From Phoronis australis (taxonomy: Eukaryota; Animalia; Phoronida): DNA of 64,000 nt. Below are positions 13,983 to 25,316 of this stretch, piece by piece (positions within the stretch are counted from its first letter, which is position 1; every line of letters begins with the position of its first letter). The stretch lies in NCBI GenBank assembly GCA_002633005.1, contig NMRA01000276.1, positions 137,414 through 201,413 on the forward strand. Reading direction: 5' to 3'. Position numbers and translations under genes: made by a program. Under the pieces are notes generated by a model. The model had not been told where the DNA came from. It saw only the letters and a program-made list of their open reading frames with translations, and ran no database searches.

Positions 13983-14121
13983 TGCTGTGAAACTGAAGGC
14001 GGGTGCTGTTCCAAGTATCAGACCAAAGCCAGCTGAACGCTCTGCTCCTGACAACGGTGAGACGTCTTCCAAAAGACCAAGGGAGAAAAGTGCTGCAGTG
14101 GCAAAAAGAAAACGCATTGAG
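13983..14121 (+). CDS. THAP protein exon 2 (AVKLKAGAVPSI...KRPREK...AKRKRIE)
   Basis: tatgcag acceptor, gtaatt donor; completes THAP with an AVPTIF-type box; basic NLS-like stretch; phase fits exon 1. Confidence 0.82.
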
Positions 14122-14331
14122 GTAATTCATATTATCTGTAATGCTTGGTGAGATTTAATATGCCCAAATCACCATTTCTGTTTATCATGTCCGTTGGAAA
14201 GTAACAATTATTGGGTTGTGCATAAATGATAATTTCTTATCACTTTGTTTCGTTAGTGGAATCTTTGGTGATAAACAGTTAACATTCCGTGTTTCAAAAG
14301 AGTTGTTTGGTTAATGTCGCCCTTTTTTCAG

Positions 14332-14560
14332 TTGGTAAAGCAAGCCATGCTGGAGTTTGGGTCCGAAGAAACGTCAGACACAGTGGATGAGTCTGCTTCA
14401 GTTCAGGCTGCATCACGGGAACAAACACCGGTCATGGTCCAGGAATGCGATGTGCAGTGCGAGCCTACTTCTCGTACCACCATGACCCTTTTCACGCAAA
14501 CTCCTGTGGTCAAGAAATATGTGAAGGGTGTTCAGACAAGGCCAAAGACAAGAACACTTG
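14332..14560 (+). CDS. THAP protein exon 3 (acidic linker with TQT/VQT motifs)
   Basis: ttttttcag acceptor, gtacgt donor, open in phase. Confidence 0.7.
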
Positions 14561-14715
14561 GTACGTTTTTCATACTCTTATGCCGTATAAAGCAAGTATT
14601 TGTTATGTGCTCTCATAAACATTCTTTTCTTATCCTCATTTAACTGAATTTTTACAACTGTAAAGTGTAAAGATGTCCTGTTAAAATCTACCTACTCTCA
14701 TACTTCTTGTTTCAG

Positions 14716-15197
14716 GTACACAACATCATTCTGTAGGTGTGAGTGTAGCTTGCCAAACACCCTGGAAGGTTACCTTGGAGGACAACTCAGACAGCCACCC
14801 CAAAATTCTGGAGGAAAAAGAGCATGAGCCCGAGGAGCCTGACGACCCAGTAGATGCTGTGGACTTGATTGGTCCTCTGTCGCCATTGTCTAGTAGGCGT
14901 CACAGGTGGAATTTAAGTATAGTGGATATGGATACTAGGTATCCCTTAGACGAGGCATTGACTAATATAGATACAGCCACAGTGGCTGAGGCTATGGTCA
15001 ATATGTTTGCAGACCTTGGTATTCCCAATGAGGTGTTAAGTGACAAGGGGTCCAAGTTTAATTCTGAGATGATGAAAGAAGTTCAGAGGCTGTTGTCAGT
15101 TAGGTCCTACAATACTTCACCTTATCATGCTCAGTGTAATGGGTTGTGTGAGAGATATAACTGGCACTTTAAAACAGATGCTCAAACGCACTGTTGA
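14716..15197 (+). CDS. Exon 4: linker reading in frame into a Gypsy-type integrase (rve) core
   Basis: tttcag acceptor, phase 1; AVDLIGP, TRYP, LSDKGSKF, SPYHAQCNGLCERYN; frameshift just after the catalytic E. Confidence 0.6.
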
Positions 15198-15393
15198 CGA
15201 TCAACCTAAAGAGTGGGACAGGTTCATCAAACCTTGGTTGTTTCCTTACAGGGATGTTCCGATTGACAGTCTCGGTGGATTTTCACCATTTGAGTTAATA
15301 TATGGGCATACTGTGTGAGGTCCTATGTCGATATTGCATGAACTATGGACTACTTATGAGTTGGAAAACAAAATGAAGGACACGTATGAGTAT

Positions 15394-17018
15394 AGACCCT
15401 ATTCACGCCGACAGGAGGCATGTTCCAAAACGAGGATCGCTACGATAGCTCTGGTGGCTTATTCGCGTAGTTGTGCTCTGCGTTGCTCGAACAACTAGAA
15501 AAAATACGGACACTCAACTGTCTGTTTTACAATCCCTAAGGACGTTGGGATTCGGAAACGTTGGGTCCTTGCCATACGCTGCGATGAAGGAAAATATGTT
15601 CGTGTAAAATTTATAACTGTTTTCAAATTATAAATTTCGCATCTCAGATGCCGCCGTAGCAACGAGGACCGGAGAGTCTTCAGTCAGCCAGGCTGTGTTT
15701 TCATGACTATGGGTTAAAGCACGATGCATTTTTCTTTACAAAAAGGACAGGGACCTCAATCCCTCAATTTTGGGGCCAAATGGTCCTATTCCCTCTCAAA
15801 AATATTGAAAAATAACGTGAAATTCCCGGCCCCACGAGGCCTAAAAATTTCCTTAGTGATTGAGAATTTCTCTGCAACGGTTCAATTCACCTGTGTCCAC
15901 AGAGGTGACAATTTGAAAAGGTACAAAATCATAGGCGGATTTAGGGGGGGTCACTGACCCGTCACTCGGCTAAACGTTCCCCTCTCAGAAGGCCGCACAG
16001 GCACCTTTCCTCTCTGATATGAACGAGGCCTCTGAAGAAACATGATAACTATGCTTGTTCCAGGGGGTGTCCAGGACTTTGTGTTGGGGGGGGGGGGGGG
16101 GGAANGAGTATTAGCCAGGATTTTGCCCGTCACATATTCAAGCTCCTGAATTGCCAAATGGAATCTGGGAGAATTTTAGGGGGGGGGGCATGGCCCCCTT
16201 GGCTCCCCTCTAAATCCGCTTCTGTGTTCTGTCCAGTTAACTGAAATTGAGCTCTAAAACGAGATGCTTTGGACGAAAGAATTAGGTGTTTTAATTTTAA
16301 AATTCAACTTGGTCGAGATTGATACTTGAAAAACATAACACATGAAATAGACGTAATTATTAAAACCAAGAAAGTAGAATTGATGGTCATATAATTTTTA
16401 TTTTCAATTGCGAGCCTGGTTTTTTATCGTAATCAAAATATATAACATCAAGTATTATTTCAGATCAATGACAAATCAACTGTTAGTCCCGGTAGGGCCT
16501 ACCTCACCAGGACTAAGGCTATGGCTTCAAGCTAATAGGCCAACTCTTGATCAACAAATTAAACCAGATGTGACTAATTGCACATGACAGCAAAATGCTA
16601 TGAGCCACCACTGTCGAATATATCTTCAACTCGTCAACAATACGACCAGATGACCTCGTTCGTGTAGAAAGCATTTTTATCAAGAATTTATTACAAGAAA
16701 CGTAACCCTGCATTCAGCATGATACTTAATCCGTAACACAACAATCGCCACAATTTGGTCATGTTTACTTTTCATTTGAACCTAGTTTTCCGGAAAAAAC
16801 CTTATATTCTTTCGTCAGACAACTCCTTGTTGCATTGACTTGTTCTTTAACTGTATCTTTCTACGTCTCTGTGGTTAATTATTGACACATTTTTAAGATT
16901 TAATATTCAGGTTGGACTCCAAAGTCCGGCCATTTAACTCACACAATGTAAATGTCCGCTTTGTTTATCGCAGTGAGCCTCGCTTTGGATTTTAATGTCC
17001 GCCGCGTGAATTGGGTCT
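15394..17018 (+). mobile_element. TIR element with AT target duplication and decayed THAP (ISL2EU-like)
   Basis: AT|AGACCCTATTCACG ... CGTGAATTGGGTCT|AT; removal restores integrase TYEY-VLDLKNRLE; internal CALRCSNN*...IPKD...RKRWVLAIR at about 15470-15600. Confidence 0.7.
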
Positions 17019-18481
17019 ATGTTCTGGATCTTAAAAATCGGTTAGAACAAATGTGTTTAGATGATGCTGAGATGTTGCTCTGTAGTCAACAAAAGCAGAA
17101 AGAATATTTTGACAGGAAGGCTGTTGTAAGGGACTTGAAACCAGGTGACGAAGTATTAATACTGTTGCCATCAGACAAAAACAAATTGTTAATGAGGTGG
17201 AAGGGTCGGTTCCTTGTAAAACCTAAGGTGGGCCAGTATAATTATGCCATTGAAATTGGCGATAATGTTAAGGTATTCCACATTAACATGCTCAAGCAAT
17301 ATCAACGCTGGGTAAAGCTGATTGTGGCGTCGGTTGCTTCAATTAACAGGGCTCAACACTAACGGTTGCCCAATTGCCCGTGTACATGTAGATTTTGGGT
17401 CGGGCAAGTGGAATTTGAAAAGTACTTGCCCGATGGGCAAGTTAAAAAGCTGGCCGCATAGGCAAGTAGATCCTAAGATTGTCTGCTCGACATTTGCTCC
17501 AAAGTAACGAACCCCAACACAAGCCTAAAAACCGTCGAAAAAGCCCATGTCCGTCAAAGAAACTCCCGTCTTCGAATGAGCACCGAAATGAAAATAGAAC
17601 GAGTGTGATGCAGCGTGCACAGATGACGCCTGCGGTCAAATCCTTTCGATTCTCTGAACGTGCCCTGCAGTTTCTGAATAAGTTGTCACGTGATATTACT
17701 GATCGTCTGCACTCGGGCAAAACATCCAAACAAGGAAGCCGTCCAGGCGTGGACGGCATTAGTTTAGTTGCTAAAAAACGAGTTCAGGAAGAATCAAAGC
17801 AACAATATGAAACGAAAAGAGTGCGGGGATGGGTTCCGTCATGGGAAATTAGGTTTCCTGGCCTGCGAGACAGTGAACAAGGGTTGACGTGTGATTCTTG
17901 CCGGCGTTTACCCATGTACAGCTGGAAGCACCGCGTTCGTCGGGGGATGTAAGTCATACAGATAAGTGCAAAAGCTAAAAAGTGAATGATTGACCACATA
18001 ATATTTTCTACACTACGCAGCAGTTTTAAAGGCCTGGTATTTATTCAGGGGGAATTCCAAAGGAATTTTTTATGAATTCCCGGCTCGACTCCCGAATGAA
18101 GAGGAATACGGTCTTCTGGATTGTCGCTCTGAAGGGTGACTTTTTCGCGGTCTATCTATTTTTCAAAAATGTATTTATTTATTGAAAATAAAAGTATATG
18201 TGGCATTATTAAATGTTAAAATTTGATTTTAATTTAATACAAGGTACCGATGACCAAAACTGTGTAAGATTTTTACGGATAGCAAAAATTCAAATTCAGG
18301 TTAAGCAACAACTCGGGTTTAATGCATGAGGGCGTATAAACTAATGAATACACAGAAGTGTCTAGCGTTCATGTCCTAGCTCATTTCGGCGCCTGTGAAC
18401 GTGAGACAATGGTTAAGATTACTCTTCTAATTTGTCTCTCTAGTGTTTTGACACACCTTATAAATAAATGTTCTATAAGAA

Positions 18482-19449
18482 AAGTGGCGGATCTAGGATA
18501 TCACAAGGGGGGCCCAACATTTTGTCTGTAAACATTTGCGCAAAGCCGGATTGTAGATGCTCATAGCACCGAATGGGGGGAGGTCGGGAGGGGGTTTGCC
18601 ACCCTCCCGCCAGGAAAATTTTTCTGTTTTTTTCTCTAAAAATCAAGCAATTTCCTTGATTCCTGAAGTATTATCAAAGAAAAAAGGCAAAGGAAAAAAT
18701 GGGGGACTGCAATTATCAGACTCGAACTCACGACCTGGCGGATGGAACGCCCGTGCTTTACCACTGCGCCACCACGACTTCACTCCCACATTGATTCTAA
18801 GAGACCTACTTGTTTATGGTCCACAGCGTTTGCCCACGAAACCTACTTCTTTTTGTAATATTTATTACACTTTTTATATTTTGTGCAATCAGTTCATAAC
18901 AAATTTGTCGTATTTAAAATAGTCTTCAATTGCCCAAAAACCAAATCCGTTTTTTTGTGTTTGCATTAATGAGGCGATTACTTTGGATATCGTCTTAAGT
19001 TAAAGCTTGACAAAGAGAGAATTATGAGTTTCTAAGTGATTCACTGAGGCTTCGATTAAAAGTCACATCTTACCAACAGCTTCTGTTTTTTCATCCTCAC
19101 TCAGATTCCATTTTCTTTAAAAATGAAGTAATTTTCTTTATTGCACAGTGAAGCAAGACGACGGAAACGGAGTCGTAGTGCGCAGAGCCACTGCCGGTTG
19201 TCTGAGATATCGCAGGAGAGCCTATACTTAGCCATAGTTCTGTTGCGATTGCGACGTGTTCCAAATTTGTCACTTGAAATTGGATCTGAGCCCCACCCCC
19301 CAAACACACTAAAACTGCACACATTTCAATCTTGTTTCAGGCGTATAATGTTAATTACCAGGGTTAATTATTAAACTCAACATTTCCCTACGCTCTTGAT
19401 GTTTTATTTTTTGTGGCAGCCAAGGGGGGGCCCCCTAAATCCGTCTATG
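18482..19449. mobile_element. MITE (AGTGGCGGATCTAG ... CTAAATCCGTCTATG) nested in the hAT-like element
   Basis: Inverted copy at 56241-57029; 5-bp TSD aagaa/aagaa. Confidence 0.75.
18705..18780 (-). pseudogene. tRNA-like / tRNA-SINE head inside the MITE
   Basis: Minus strand GTGGCGCAGTGGTAAAGCAC...GGTCGTGAGTTCGAGTC (A and B boxes); acceptor stem not intact. Confidence 0.55.
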
Positions 19450-21619
19450 AAGAAGAATCGTTAAAAAAATAGCAACTCATGTATATAGCATGCACGACAC
19501 AAGAGGAGGCTCAGCGCAGGCAGCCGTACGGTAACACATTACCTAGGTGTGCACATGCACGGTGCTATTTGGGATTGTACTTGGGGCAAGTGAATTTTTC
19601 AACTACTACTACTGCTTAAAAAGTTAATGTTGAGCCCTGAATTACATTTGAAGACGAAGAGGGTGTTTTGGATATGGAGACGCCCATTGTGTCCAAGACA
19701 CAACAGCAGGAAATTCACTGTCAGGTGAATATTAACCCAGAGTTGTCAGAGTCGCAGAAGGCTCAACTTAGGGGTATAATTGGCGAGTTTTCGGAAATTT
19801 TTCATAGAATCCTGGTACTAAGAACTTGATAGAGCACAAAATTGTGTTAAATGACTCCTATTCGTTCCAACTCGTATCTGGTACCGTACTCTATGTATGG
19901 AAAAATGAAGAAGTAAATAAATGACATGCTTGAATTAGATGTTATTGAGCAGTCTGAGTCGCCCAATAGTACTCGTTACGGAAAAAGACAGTACGGTTAG
20001 ATATTGCCAGGACATGCGTAAAGTTAATAAGGTGACACGTTTTGATTGCGAGAGTTTGCCAAACATTGAATACATTGTGGCAAGTTGTGCAGATGCAACG
20101 TATTTCTCAAAGTTGGATTTCTGCAAAGGGTACTGGCAAATACCCATGGAAGCTAGTTCCAAAGAAATAACTGCTTTTTCTACCCCCCAAGAAAATGCCG
20201 TTTGGTCTTGTGAATTCAGGTGCCACGTATGCCAAGATGGTGCGTTTAATGTTGAAGGACGCTGTTGAAGTGGATAATTTTGTAGATGATGTGTTGGTTC
20301 ACACCAGTAGTTGGGATACCCAGTTGGTTAGGCTCGGGGACCTGTTTTCCAGGATCCATCGGGCGAATCTCACAGTTAAACCATCCAAGTGTTATTTTGG
20401 GTATACAACGGTAGATTTTACTGGTCACACATTGTCGAATGAGACTATACGATCACAAAATGATGAAGTAGAAAGGTTGCTATATGCAGAGCGTCTTGAA
20501 AACAAGAAACAGTGGAAATCTTTCCTAGGTATGGGGGGTATTACCTGAAGTTTATTAATGCATATGCTTCCAAGGTTAAGCCTCTCACTGATAACTCATA
20601 AATCGAGTCCAAATAGATTTGTGTGGACAGATATTCACCAGAGGGCATTTGACAACATCAGAGAGAGAGCTTTGTAGAGATCCCATACTGAGGGCAACAT
20701 GGAGAATCTTGACCAAGCACTTTGACCTACATTTTGCAGCTGACTTCACACAGATGGTGCCATAGTTGGGCATGCCAACTTCACATGTTATATTGCATTT
20801 GTCATTTCTGATGTGCATTCACTGCGAACTAGTTGTAAATAATAGCCTAAAGATGAGACATGTGTCTCGAAATATCGCTTTTTAAATTATGTTACCTACT
20901 GATGCCGTTTGTATTTTTATTGCACTGTTGTAATGTAAAGACAAGATCTCTATTTAGAGAGCTGGAAAGAACTGAAATTAAACTAGTAAAAACAGATCAA
21001 AGACGTGTCTTCAATAAAATATGTATATGAACACTATACATGAATGTTTGTGGTAATAAGAAACTAAATGACTGTAATAGTAAGAAATGCTATTACGATA
21101 CAATTTCTTGGGGCAAACTGCTCCGCCTAGGCCTGTTCTGTAGATATAGTTTCCACCTACCTGTATAGCCACAGAGAAAAATTTTGTTTCTACAATGGCC
21201 AGCTTCAGCAGGAACAAAATTCTTCCTATAGAATCGAGCCCGGCAATGAAAATTGGTTCTACTGTGTAGGGGGTTGTACGGAGAGATTGAATAAAAAAGA
21301 ACGATAGAAGGTGGCTAAGGGCCTGGAACATCGAGCCTAGAGGAACGCGGTTCTGAGGAACATTGGGCCCAAGGAATATTGTAAAGCAACGAGTCTATTA
21401 TAATCCCCAGGGGTTTAAGTTCACTGTCAAGTAAATTAACACCTGTGTCGCTGAAACTTATCTGGTAGAGTTGAGCAGGCGTGCGTTCAGTAACGCTAGG
21501 ACCTACGCTAGGCCCTATGCTAGGACCTAGCTAAAATCTAGCCAAAGTCAGGTGTTCTCATTTAAAATACACGAGATTCTGTGGTGTTACATTTCTCGCC
21601 CTTCGAAACTTTGAAAACT

Positions 21620-22318
21620 GTAATGGTCTTGTCCTTCCTCATTTGAATCATGGCATTTTGCTAAGGGGATGAGAACATCATAGAATATTCAAATTACAGA
21701 AAAAGGTTATTCGCACAATTACCTTTATTAGTTATTATTATTAATGCCCATACAGATCCTTTATTTAAGACTACACAGATACTCAAAATAAAGGACTTGT
21801 ATGTTGTTGCTGTAATCAAATTTTTCTACAGATATGTTCATAATTACTTACCTTCATTTTTTAACACGTTCAATTTAATAACCTATGGGTCTGTTCATGA
21901 ACATTACACTAGGCAACGAAATCTACAAACTCCTCGTTGTACTTAATCATTTGCTGAAGAATCAATGCTTTACCTCATATCATTAATAATCTTCCTGAAA
22001 GTTTCTCAAAAAATTTTACCCATTCGCTATCCTCTGTTATAGATTATTTTAAGAAGGTTTGTTTTGAAAGACATGAACTTGAGCGCACCATTCCCAACTG
22101 CTTTGTGTGTAACTATTTTTGATAATCTCTCCTAGTCTTTTTACAAGTAGTTTTAGATTACATTATCACCTAATTATCTGTAACACTGTACTTTTTATTC
22201 TCTGGTGACTCTGTGTTCAGCACACCCTTTGCATGCTTCACGGAGTCTCTATGAGCGTGAATATGCATTAATTGTATTTTTTTCTAAATGTGAATAAAGT
22301 ATATTACTACTATAACTA
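21620..22318 (+). mobile_element. 5'-truncated CR1/L2-group LINE (RT C-terminus plus 3' UTR)
   Basis: LVLPHLNHGILL...IFKLQKKVIRTI...NAHTDPLFK...ILKIKDLY with stops; AATAAA followed by a (TAC)n-like tail. Confidence 0.8.
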
Positions 22319-22607
22319 AGGAAGTGGGTTACAGGCAAAAAAGATTGCCGCCAACTGGATGGTCCCACAGTGGTTAAAACGTCCTAAAATCATCGCCAGC
22401 CATGCTTTTCCACAAAAACACAGTTCAGCAATTCCATGAAAAGGTCAACCAAGAGAAACAAAATAAAATAAAATAAAATAAAATAGTAACTAGATTAACA
22501 TTTCCAGTATCGTCTGAAAGCCCAGTTTCTCTAGTTGCAAGACCCATATTTTAATTATCTGTAACTTTCAACTTCATTTCTCAATGAACCCATTTTTCGA
22601 GGTTACT

Positions 22608-23107
22608 CAGGGCTTGGAATGACCAATGACAAAAAACGCGGAAACTTTGAAACTTTTACGGCCCAAATCATGCCCGATAACCAGCCTTGGTGAATGTGAA
22701 CCTTTCCCCGAGAAAAATCGGAAGGACTAAAAAAAAAACGTTACCACCATCAGTAGCATGCGTCTGTGTCCTTTTAGCTCGCCCGTCCACTCCCAACCCA
22801 CACATTTTTGGCTGCAGAGCGGTAGTATTTGTCGCCGCGCTTAACAATAACACGAGACGCCATTGAAAATCCCACGGCGCTGTCCCAGATGCCCCGGCAA
22901 TGTTGACAATTTACGTTCCTCCGAAACATAAAGAGCAACTTCCGCTTTTCGAGGTGAACGTCGTCTGCAACGCCGCGGTAAGAAAGGAATTTGCCGCGAA
23001 AATTTTATATCAAATCCGATTTTTTTACGCAGAAATATTATAAAAAAGCGGAAAGCACATTTGAAAAAAGCGGAAATCCGCGTTTCCGCGGAAAATTCCA
23101 AGCCCTG
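22608..23107. mobile_element. 500-bp MITE with CAGGGCTTGGAAT TIRs
   Basis: Perfect 6-bp TSD gttact; inverted copy at 50197-50682. Confidence 0.85.
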
Positions 23108-24961
23108 GTTACTTGACCCTAAAAATTACACCGATTTTCATGTGTTGCTAATTATTGTCACAAATATGTTAATTATGGGTATTTCACTACATTATCAAAT
23201 TTGTGCAATCACATCAAGCCTAAACTTTCTAAAAAAAATACCATATGACCGGTAGCATATCGTCTACCTCTTGGGGTAAAACGCCAATTCCTGGATATTA
23301 TGGTGCCAAACGTCCCATCACAAAAAAGTGCTGAAAAGTTTAGTTACGTCAAAAGTTTTCAATCAAAATTCAGATTACCTTTTAACTTGTTTTCTCGATA
23401 CTGTTCATCATTAACTTGTTTTCTCAATACTGTTCATCAAAATTTTAGATACCAGGAATTATTTGGTAAGTCAGAAATCACGTGACAGACATACGGAAAA
23501 TTTGTGCACCAGTCCATCAAACGCATGAAATTAAAATTTTCTAGCCAATAAAAATAACCTCAGGTCTTATTTTCACTTTCTACACTTGCAGAGCACAAAA
23601 TTTAACTCACCCCTAAGAACCTAAAACAATTAAATATTACAAAAACAGGTATGAAATCAAGTGAAGAAGTTACTACAGAGTAGAATTAAATTAGATGCAT
23701 TGAACCGTAATTTTCAATTTCAAAAGTACTTGGTGAAAAGTTGGATATTATAGAGTAATTTAATTATTCTAAGTAGAATTCAACATTTGTTAAAATTGGA
23801 CAGTTGGACAGCATTATAAAATGTAAAATGTTAATTTAATGACCTTATTAGTTGTTTTTGTTGCTGCCCTATGTTTGTATTTTTGGCATAACAAGAACCT
23901 TGATCTAAGCTTCAAGAAGATTGAACCAATGTTTAGAAATGAAAGAGGGAGACTAGTGGATGAACAGATATGACTGGAAGAGGAAAAATATCTGCCGGAA
24001 TATTCTCTGAAACTCGAAAAAAATCAACAACCAAGAAATGCATAATCATATCTGCAGAAAGCGTGATGACTTTATTTAACGCCTCTCTTTAAAATTCCAA
24101 AGAAGCCATGAATAAAAAAGTTATATGAAAACCTAATCAAGCTACTCACTAATAAGGACCTGCATTTGATAATTTTATGAGCTCGACATATTTCTAAAAC
24201 ATAATCCTAAATTTATTGTAATTTAGTATCTGCCTTCACACTGCAAGACAGTACCGGTGTTTTGAATCAAACTATGATTGCCATTATTTAAGTGGAATGC
24301 TGTCAACTGAACTGTGCTGAACCAATTTTAACTTTGGTTTTGAATACTAGAATCAATTCTGTCACACCACAGGGTTTTGCAATAGAAAACTCCAAACATG
24401 GCTTCTTCTTCAATTCAATGAATCTAACTATAGAACAGTTGCACACTCACTATCTTTTTCATCAAAAGTGTAGAAATAATATCAAAATAATGTATCAATC
24501 AATTATTCATAAGAATGTAGGAATGTAGACTAGACAACGCTCAAGTATCAACCCATCATTCATAAGAATGTAGACTAGACAACGCTCAAGTATCAACCCA
24601 TCATTCATAAGAATGTAGACTAAAAAATGCTCAAGTTTTCCTAACAAGTCTCAACATTTTGAAACTACAACTCAAGCTTTTCAAACATGGCTCAAATGTC
24701 AGAATACATGAAGAAACCAAAAACATGAAGATACATTAAGGTACATGAAGGTACGTGAAGGTACATGAACGTACATGAAGGTACGTGAAGATGCATGAAG
24801 ATACATGAACATACCAAAAACAATGCAATTGTTTGTCACAAAATAACACCAGAATCCACATACAGTCACATACAGTCACATACACAGTGATTACAGGAAA
24901 GTTAAGAAGCTTTTAGCTGGTGGGACCTATTATTAAACTTGTTGAGTAACCAACTACCTAC

Positions 24962-25316
24962 CTTCCTCCCTGCATCCATCGGTACACAGTGTCACCTGAG
25001 CACACTTGCCGTACATATCCACAACACCATACACATTCGCCGGCACATTTGACGCTGCAATTCCTTGGTCTCGCCCATTCACAAAAAAGTGGAGTTCTCC
25101 TGATCCCTTGCGCATCACTCCCACCTTGTCACCCTCAGCCAACCCATCAAGGTCCTGCCCATACTCCTCTCGTATTGTATGTCCATCTTTCAATAAAGCT
25201 GTGCCTGACATTATCCATGTTCCTTCACGAAACCCTGTGGCGCTGGCTGGGAATGCCAGGCTGTTTGGCTCACATCTTGTCACACCAATCTCAATGGAAC
25301 CACTCCATGAGTTAAC
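24962..25316 (-). CDS. NEURL4: NEURL4-like exon 2 (rest of NHR1: [13 protein letters not shown]...GTWIMSG...GDKVGV...[11 protein letters not shown]...[16 protein letters not shown])
   Basis: ttctag acceptor, gtaggt donor; canonical neuralized homology repeat motifs. Confidence 0.95.

Larger units (their letters stand above)
12441..14850 (+). mobile_element. 5' part of a THAP-encoding DNA transposon, Kolobok-like
   Basis: Begins TTAA|AG at the break in the host repeat; spliced THAP ORF; no right end found. Confidence 0.55.
17347..19639 (+). mobile_element. hAT-like element with a TTF-type zinc-finger remnant
   Basis: TIR CAGGGCTCAACA/TGTTGAGCCCTG; flanks aattaa/aattac; ORF remnant KRVRGWVPSWEIRFPGL...LTCDSCR. 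Confidence 0.7.
14852..20693 (+). mobile_element. Degenerate Gmr1-type Gypsy LTR retrotransposon pol (integrase then RT), split by two large insertions
   Basis: INT core 14852-15393; INT C-terminus 17019-17346 (GDEVLILLP...KLLMRWKG...VFHINMLK); RT 19640-20693 (KLDFCKGYWQIP, MPFGLVNS, FVDD, KPSKC); stops and frameshifts; no LTRs seen. Confidence 0.85.

Noticed and set aside
18705-18780. Functional tRNA gene
   Set aside because: No intact acceptor stem; embedded in a MITE
23880-24220. Possible very old LINE C-terminal remnant (ERGR-like motif)
   Set aside because: Too degraded to support by eye
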